Shown piece after piece: positions 55,729-64,000 of a stretch of 64,000 nt of DNA. The position numbers and the translations under genes were made by a program. Numbering within the stretch: the first letter of the stretch is position 1; the number at the start of each line of letters is the position of its first letter. The notes beneath the pieces were generated by a model. That model was given only the letters and a program-made list of their open reading frames with translations, was not told the DNA's origin and searched no databases. Source of the DNA: Schmidtea polychroa (taxonomy: Eukaryota); contig CM097885.1 in NCBI GenBank assembly GCA_044892525.1, forward strand, positions 43,216,001-43,280,000, given 5' to 3'.

Positions 55729-57349
55729 GAAATAATAAATATAACAATAAGGTTAAATTTTATAATTTGTGGGTCTGCAATTGGATTTGGCCTTTCACTT
55801 ATAAAATAATTTGGAATTGAAAGGATGACTTTGATTTAAGCGATATGATACCATGGTATTATTAGAGTTAGAGTCTAGGTAGAATAGTGAAGCTCGTCAC
55901 TAAATAGACACAGATTCTGGTTTGGGTAGTAAATCAAAATAGGTTGTTTCTCATTAAAGTTGAAGTTGAACAGCTGAAGCAATCCCAGCAATTAACCCAA
56001 CTTATGGGCCTTGAATTACAGAAATCTCTCATGGAAATATTAGACAGGACACTAATGATAATACTGTTTATTTTACCCGTAATAGAGGAACCTAGGCCAT
56101 TTCAGACAAAGATTAAAATGATATTAATAAAAAATGGACCGACAATTCTACATCGAGCACATAGGCAAAGTATGATAACTTTAGATATACGACTAGTTGG
56201 TAAGGAACCGATATCGCAAACGTGTCATTGTCTAAATAAGATAAAAACGCTTAAAAGAGACATAGTTACCAAGGATATGTAACTGATATGGTTTGGTTTT
56301 AATCCTTGGAGGTCAAGTGGGCGCCAATAAATACCTAGTGGATTAAATTAACTGAATTGCAATAGGTTGATCGAGGTCGTTGTAAAAAGCATCGAATGAA
56401 ACATCACACCAAAGGAGCAATTAAATCAGAAAACGATCCAAACTATTCAAATTAGAACTTAAACTAGAATAGCTAGAAATATTGATAAACAGAACGAAGG
56501 GAAAATTACCCCAGAGACAAAAACAAAGTATTGGCATTATCAAACCTGAATGACAAATCCCAAAAGTAATAGGAATCAAGGTTGAGAAAGTAACTTAGCC
56601 AATCAGGAAAACATTGAAGAAGAGATTGAAAAGTTTTCCTTAAAATGAAGTTCAACATATTTTTGAAGCTTTTGTAAAAGAGGAGCTATCTAAAAGGAAG
56701 GTTTTGACATCATTATCGATGATGATTCTAAATGCTTTAACCTGAGTAGGGAATGAAGAGAAACTTATCAATCAGGAAATAGATAAGATTTTAGAGATAA
56801 CAGAATTATATCGCGATATGTCAATGATAGAAAAGAGATTTTGGAAATATGTTGATTATACCAAACCAACATAGGAATTCTTGAAAGATAAGGTTAATTA
56901 CGGAAACATCGATGCTGAAAATATTACGAGTATCATTGAAATGTTTCTAGTTATGATGGAATTACTGAGGTAAACAAATTTAATGACAACATTTGATTGA
57001 AGTGATCCATTACCTAAGATCGATGAATTATATTTAGATATGAATAATAGGACATATATTCATCAGTATTATTAGTTTCCATAAAAATAACGAAAAATAG
57101 GAAAGATTAAAAAGAAGGGTTTTCTATTGCATTAATACTTTTGATATTATTCATTACTTGGAAGAACTAGATGATTAGAAGCACCAAAACAATAACTAAT
57201 GGATCAATCATGGCCTAATCTTAATTTCAATTCGAAGTCTTCTTGTGATAATGGAGAAGAAACAGACCAACTTAAAGAACGAAGCCAGTTTCGGTGAAGT
57301 AGAAAAATTAATAAAAAGTTCCGAATTCGAAAAAAGAAATACAAGTGCC

Positions 57350-58350
57350 TAGCATCGCAACTAGCATACAGTTTAAACAAACCATTGTTGAAAGGGTTTC
57401 CAACAAGAGTATATAAGACATTCTACATCGATGATATATTTCAAATGTATTTTATGGAAATAATTCCATATTCGAAAATTAATGAGGAGTGCAAATATAT
57501 TTTGACATGTATTGACAGAGCCGTAGCTAGAGAAAATGGCGCCCTTGGTGCAAAAAGAATCCATCACTCCCATTAATTATGTACTTACAGTAATGGAATT
57601 GGTCTTGAAGAGTCAAATTAAGATGCAAAGCTATACAATGCTTAACCAAACTTATATTATAACGAAAACCAATTAATTATAAATGTTTATTATACATGTG
57701 TATATACATTAATATTGAAAATTTATTTACTCCGTATTTATTAAACCTAAGTGCAGAGTTTTGATCATTAAGTTCCTATTAAGGTTACTATTATAATATA
57801 TTTGAGAAGATAAAGTGATCAACTTTAACATTTAACACTGAATTCTAAATAAAAGAAATTAAAGATAAATTAAATTAAAGATTATCATCAATTGTCCTTC
57901 CTTCTTTCAAAGGATTTTCAAGATCTTTCTAGGCTAAGTAGCATTTTCTATGCTCAAAACTGTTTTCATGATCAACCACCTTCGGATTTAGTCGCCCGTT
58001 TGCAAAAACCTTTAGATAGACCAGCAAAACCGTTTTGTTTTAGTTTAACTTTTGAAAACAATAAACATGGAAAGCAAAATATAAAAATTTAATATGAAAA
58101 AAAGAAAGAAAAGCAAAAAAAATTTAAATGATCATTTCACAGTTTTGGCGCTCTTCGACTCGGCGCCCGGGCGGTCGCCTCATTCGCCACCTCTAGCTAC
58201 GGCACTGTGTATTGATGTTTTTAGTCGATATGCACCGGCTATTCCTGCCATGTCAAAATTTGAGATGAAATGACTAGATCTATAAAAATAATGGTCAAAG
58301 ATAGTCACCTGGATGATTTACAAACTGATCTGGGTAAAAATTTTTAAAAT
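57350..58350 (+). pseudogene. Maverick/Polinton-type retroviral-like integrase relic, split by a MITE
   Basis: AYSLNKPLLKGFPTRVYKTFYIDDIFQMYFMEIIPYSKINEECKYILTCID | VFSRYA ... LQTDLGKNF; the frame rejoins when the MITE is removed. Confidence 0.75.
57516..58207. mobile_element. hAT-type MITE, 692 bp
   Basis: TIRs CAGAGCCGTAGCTAGAG / CTCTAGCTACGGCACTG; 8-bp TSD TGTATTGA at 57508-57515 and 58208-58215. Confidence 0.92.
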
Positions 58351-59472
58351 AGTAATGAAATAAACTATTATTCTATACATTCACAATACAATGCTTTATT
58401 ATTCCAAATTATTCCAACCTGTTATTAAAGATGTTGAGAATACCTAAATAATAAAATTAAATAATTAATTCAGTGAACAAAATGATGGGGATATAAAATA
58501 AATAATATATTGCTCCATAATTATGAAAAGCAGGAGCGAGGGGATAATATAGAAAAATGCAAAAATGGCAGAAAATCAAATAATAAAATACGACAAGGTC
58601 ATTCTTAATTAGCAAGAACAAATCAATGAAAAACAAAAACGAAATTAAATTATCATATCTCGACAGATTGTCCAAGATAAAGAAAATGGATCATTGACGA
58701 AGTTGGAGAATAACACCTTTTAAAATTATATATCTTTACATATAATAGGAAAATTAGGTATGATCCAAGAGAATATGCTGGGGAAATAATCATCTATGAG
58801 TGCTATTAAAAAGCAGACTTTAAAAGCAAAGTAAAATTTCCATTCAGCGACAGAATTAATGAAAAAAGAATATACAAGTTGTAAAACAGTGATGCACAAT
58901 TTTAAAAAGACGGGCGAGAAAACATTCCAAACACCCATAGTTCAAACACAGAACAAAAATATAGCTATATTTCCCAATTAATAATGAAACTTTCATTTTT
59001 CATTTTCATCTTAGTACTAAAACAACTTCATTTTAACAATGAATAATTAATTGATAATATAGCTTTCCCGTTACCGATTACACGCGTTTACTTTTAGGAT
59101 TTAAAACGAAGTAAATAAAAATCCACATTTACATTTTTACCAATTTATTCCACTTAAATAAAAATATATTAGAAATTAAAATAAAATGAACAAATATATA
59201 TTTATTATTTGCTAGTTTGAATAGTTTGCTAGGGCCGAATCAAAAAATAAAATCCGTAAAATTAGGCAATATTATGATGGTGGCCACCACTAATTTTAGG
59301 ATTCCATCGTCAGTTCTAGAACCTATTGCCACCGAATATCACCAGACAATATAATTTAAACTTCCATCTCGCAATTACAAAATAAAAAATAGAATAGAAA
59401 AATAATAAAAACTATAATTAAACATAATTTCATAAGATTTTCAAGGCAGAAAACTAAACACTAAATTATATA

Positions 59473-60063
59473 TCACTGTACATAGCTCAAATTTTGATCG
59501 AAATCTACGATCAAATGCTCATAGGTGCTGGCGACTGCTGTCGGTACAACCCATTTGGGCATAATGTGCAGCATAGTTTCCAGTTCGTTTGTTTGAGCGG
59601 TTAAATAATGCGCAGCTAGAGCTATTTCAATTTGATTTGTTGGAATATCCTTAGAGGAATCATTTGGTGGATCAATTTTTGGCATGAACATCATCCATAA
59701 TCGTAGAGGTTTGGCAGGCTTCTTTCCATAGGCATAAGTTATGAAATAATGACGATAATTCGAGTTAGAAAGAAATGACATCGTAATCGGTTGAGGTGGG
59801 TCAGGACCAAGAGACCAACTAATGATTCGCATCGATAAAGGAGTCATCAGATATAAATATGTGTGAGACGGGCCTGATATTTGCATAGAAACATTGACCA
59901 TACCAGATATGTGAGTAACTTTGCTAAGAATAATTATGGAAGCTGCTGGCTTTAATTGATGAGGTTTTTGCGGTAACCATAAACTTTCATCGACGACTTT
60001 TGCAAACGGATAAAGCAACGGATAACCACAATAAGGACGAGGTTCACAAAATATTTCTTGCAT
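59473..60063 (-). CDS. ERMP1: Last coding exon of an endoplasmic reticulum metallopeptidase 1 (M28 family) homolog
   Basis: C..CGYP, GPSH, WSLG, YFITYAYG, IALAAHYL and PKW...STY match the ERMP1 C-terminus. TTTAG acceptor lies immediately before 60063, so the ATG is probably internal. Upstream exons not resolved. Confidence 0.82.
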   Translation of the reverse strand: MQEIFCEPRPYCGYPLLYPFAKVVDESLWLPQKPHQLKPAASIIILSKVTHISGMVNVSMQISGPSHTYLYLMTPLSMRIISWSLGPDPPQPITMSFLSNSNYRHYFITYAYGKKPAKPLRLWMMFMPKIDPPNDSSKDIPTNQIEIALAAHYLTAQTNELETMLHIMPKWVVPTAVASTYEHLIVDFDQNLSYVQ

Positions 60064-63000
60064 CTAAATTTTCATTCGTTAATACTAATTGAGATTTAAT
60101 AAGTCAGGTAATAAATTTAAATTTAGTAAATTTAAAATCTAAATTCACTTTAAAAAATTATGTTTTATGATGTTTTAACCAAACAGCCAAATATTGATAA
60201 GTTTTATAGTGTTCGTACAAAACCAATATAAAAAAATTAAAATTATAAATCAAGTATCAACCATAATACACCATTTCCAATTTCAATTTATTATAAGAAC
60301 CAAAATGTATACATCAATCAAGGCATGCACACATATAAATTAGTGGCATGCAGTTAGAAATAGGGGAGAATTAAATTAAAAAAGAATATTAAGCAGATCG
60401 AATATATCACAAATGACCATACACAATTTTATATTTTGGCTATTTACTTTTTTAGAAACCATGTACAAAAAATTTCAAGCTTGCTTAAAGAAGATTCAAT
60501 GTTTAAATGATGTATAAAAGTGATACGGTTTTATACCACTTGCCGGAGGCCTTTAGTATAATTCGGGAGTATTCAATATTTTCAGATCATTAGAACTCAA
60601 AAAATCTCTAAAATCACTCAGGGAACCCTAATTTATGAAAAAACTTTAGGTTTCCGAATGCACTAAGTTTAGGCATCCGTTTCCAAAGGAAATCCAGGAA
60701 AAGTATTGGACGTTTACCTGACAACCCATAAGCCAGGTTGTGGAGGATCAACGAAGTTATACTGTATGTATCTGAATAAATAATTTCTATAAATAATATT
60801 TTCTTAAATGTATGTAGATCCGTTTTATTTTCACCTATGCTTTGAAACAAACATTTAACGCGATTATTCAATTTACACGAATATCTTCGGAAAGAATTAA
60901 TAACATGAGTCAAGTGCATTTGTAAATTTGATGTTATAAACTTATATTATTATATGAAACTAATAAGGTACGTTTATTTTTTGATAAAAATGTATTTTTC
61001 AAATTCTCCTAAGCATAATGACCGTTTACGTAGTTACCAATAAAATAAATAGAAAAATGTAGATTATCACCTTAAATATTTCAAATTAAACTATGAGTCA
61101 ACCATAAAAAAGAATGACTAGCAACCAGTCAAACAATGTATTCATTTGTTGGTTTTGACTGACTTTCAGTGACATTAACTATTCAAATGAAGTTCAAAAA
61201 AAAAGCAAGAAAGAAAACGATTTGAAATAAATTATTATTTATGAAAATGAACTATTTAAGATTTTTTTGACTTTAAATATGCATGGTAATAAAAATCGAA
61301 CTCCAAAGTTTAATTAAAAAATGTGTTTTTCGATTTGGTTCACAATTTTATTGAAATAGGTTTCATCAAATATCACGACTCATTTGTAATTCGGTTTACT
61401 ATTAATTAAATATCACATATTTAATTTACTCGTTCTTTTTCACATTATAACAGATAACAAAAATTGGTGTATAGTTTAAATATATTGATCTGTAGTGAAA
61501 AATGAAAAATAGAAAAAGGTTTCAATCCTAAAATGTTAAAAAAACAGACAACTGAATAAAAAGAATTTCTTGTTTTTGATTTCTCTTCGATTAGTAAATG
61601 AAGCCATCTCATCTGAAAAATCATCTAAAAGTTACACATTCGAATAAAATGGATAAACGCATGTATCATATCGTGCTGGTCACATAATCAGAATTATCAT
61701 TCAAAATTTATCATTATTTATAAGATTAAAATATTAAAAATTAAATTAAAATTAAAAAATATTTGTTTATATATACACCTTCATTTTACTTTTTCTAAAT
61801 TCAAACATGTCCAACAAAATCATTAAAGTTACTTAACCTTCACGCGCGGTACATCCGGAACTAAATGCTTATTCCGATTTAATCGAAAAAATGTTTAGTA
61901 AAACGTTGATCCAAGTTAGAAAAGTTTATAAAACTATTAAAGTTACTCAATTTGAAAAACATTGTCAATTCTGTGAAATTACAATTAATTGTATATAATT
62001 TAATTTGGAGTTGCCGATCAGAATTGATCATCGATCTGGCATTCTTGAATTCGATATCTATACAGATTTGGTAATTAGTCAACGGAATGATACCGATTTG
62101 ATAACCCAAAAGTTAAATGGAATAAGTACATTGAATAGGCAATTGCCGAACCTTTCTATTGTTATTTATAAAGTTGCTTAGCACATTGTTACGTAAATCT
62201 CGAAAAACAACAGAGTCGTGAATGGGTTCGACAGTGTTCTAGAAAATTCAATGAATTCCACCAGCTGATTCTAAATATAAAAATCCATCACCCAAATCAA
62301 TGCATCTCGATTTCAATACCGCTTGCCCTCATCAATTCGGCACCAGTACTCTGTCGTTCCGCCAGTCTCCGGTCGGCCTTTCTGACCCAGCAGGGTGGCG
62401 GGGTGGATTATTTTGATTTCACATTTATCGCACTTTTGTATCTCGTCCTTTGTGAATCGGAACATTTTATCGAACAAAACAATGATAGCAGAGCGTGGTT
62501 ATCTCAATGTAATCAGAAATTGTCGATAATGTTATCGAATTTTAACAGAATGTATTCAAAAATAAAAGGAGTCGGATATTACTGTAGCTTATCTTTTCAA
62601 AACAACGCTTAAAGATCGTGTCATGCCAAAAAACCAATCTCGAAACTGGATCTGAAACCGAGATTCATAGTTAAACCAATACAAAAACCGAAATCCTGTC
62701 AATAGAGATTAGGATTAAGCAAAACACTTGATAATATATATTATTCATATGTATGAGGTTTTTTTGTTTTTGCAATTAATAAAGCAACCTCAAAAAAACT
62801 TTTAATAGTTGAATAATCAATTTGAATTGATTTGTAAAATTTTTTTGTTTTATTCCTGTTACTTTTCTTTGAAAAAATTTCCATGGTCTTTTTTGAAATA
62901 TGGTGTCACTTGGAGTACCGAAACCTCGAAAATGGGGTCAGGAAGCGATGTACCCCAAATTCAAATTGGGTATTAATGAACTAAAAGTCAATATAATATT

Positions 63001-64000
63001 AAAATTAAATTAGATATTCATTTTGGACAAGATCTATGTGTTTAAAATCGCTGAAATGAATAACTTGCTATTTACAATACTTGAATTTTTAGGAATTAGC
63101 ATTTTCTTTACTGTCGCTTAGTAACAAATAAATAAAAACATCTTTATAATATGCTAAATTAGCGGCTTATTCAAAAAAACTACTTCACGAGAGGCACAAA
63201 ATACAACAGGAAATTATTTTAAAATTAATATTGAATAAGTTTAAATTTTCATTGGGCACTAAGTCTCCATGTTAAATACATTGTCACTCAATGAAATGCT
63301 TTTGGATATAATTATTGTATGATGGTGTAAATAATGTTACCATAATATAATTATATCAGGAATAATGTTAATAACTAATAACCAAATAATAACCAATAGT
63401 TAACAAATTAATCATAAATGAAACAATTGTGAGAATTAATAATAGAAGTTGAATAAAAGAAGACGGTATTACCGGTAAAAAACGGTAATACCGTCAATAG
63501 AAATTTTTTTCGGTAATACCGGTATTGCAAAAGTCGGTATTTTTGGAATTTGACAACAAACTGCAAAAACATGAAACATATGGGATTACATAAGGATTAT
63601 CAAACCCTTGGCTTTTAAATTACTTCAATTAACGTGAAAAGATACCCATTCCACACATAATAGTTATTGACTTCGTTATAAAGAGTTAAAATTGAAACTA
63701 AAATTTTCGGTTAGTACAGGAAAAATCCCTTGTTAAAGTGAGGTTTTCATTAAATAAATGGAGTATTTTTGTTCGGAACCAAAAAATTGCTTCGTTAAAT
63801 AGAAGTTCAACTGTAATAATATTTTTAAATATATCTTACAACTTTCAATATAGGAAAAAAATTTTTCAAAAAAAAAAGATCATGTACATCGTGAATTAAA
63901 TTTCACTTAAGTAAGCCTTTGATTGAGCAATTACTTTACAAATGACTAGAAAACAAAGTTTATCACACTAAAGCGAACTCACCCTAACGCCAGCACCTTT

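Noticed and set aside
60614..60919. Upstream ERMP1 exons
   Set aside because: Weak resemblances (QMHLTHVINSFR, PQPGLWVV) but no consistent splice path to 60063.

Overview
AT-rich eukaryotic DNA, almost all nested mobile elements; its composition fits an invertebrate such as a planarian, but that is inference only. A decayed minus-strand Ty3/Gypsy element (gag ~55401-54336, pol continuing across 54193-52566, 16765-16390 and 167-1) is split by two very large non-coding palindromic elements. Both have AGTAG...CTACT ends and perfect 6-bp target-site duplications, the Polinton/Maverick signature: element A 168-16389 and element B 16766-52565. Element B contains a young 16.4-kb LTR retrotransposon (19110-35548; 1048-bp LTRs, tRNA-Trp PBS, PPT, 4-bp TSD). 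Its single ~3,320-codon reading frame, broken by three point stops, reads Gag, 3 zinc knuckles, 2 ubiquitin-like domains, a Bcl-2-like domain, a chuvirus-like glycoprotein, PR-RT-RH-IN, then a second signal-peptide/FN3-like/TM protein with a PPxY tail. Its 4-kb 3' region carries a small ORF, RNA hairpins and an antisense Rab3 fragment. Also present: a third Polinton-like terminus, two hAT MITEs, a Maverick-type integrase relic and the last exon of a host ERMP1-like gene. All protein family assignments are motif recognition by eye, not database searches.
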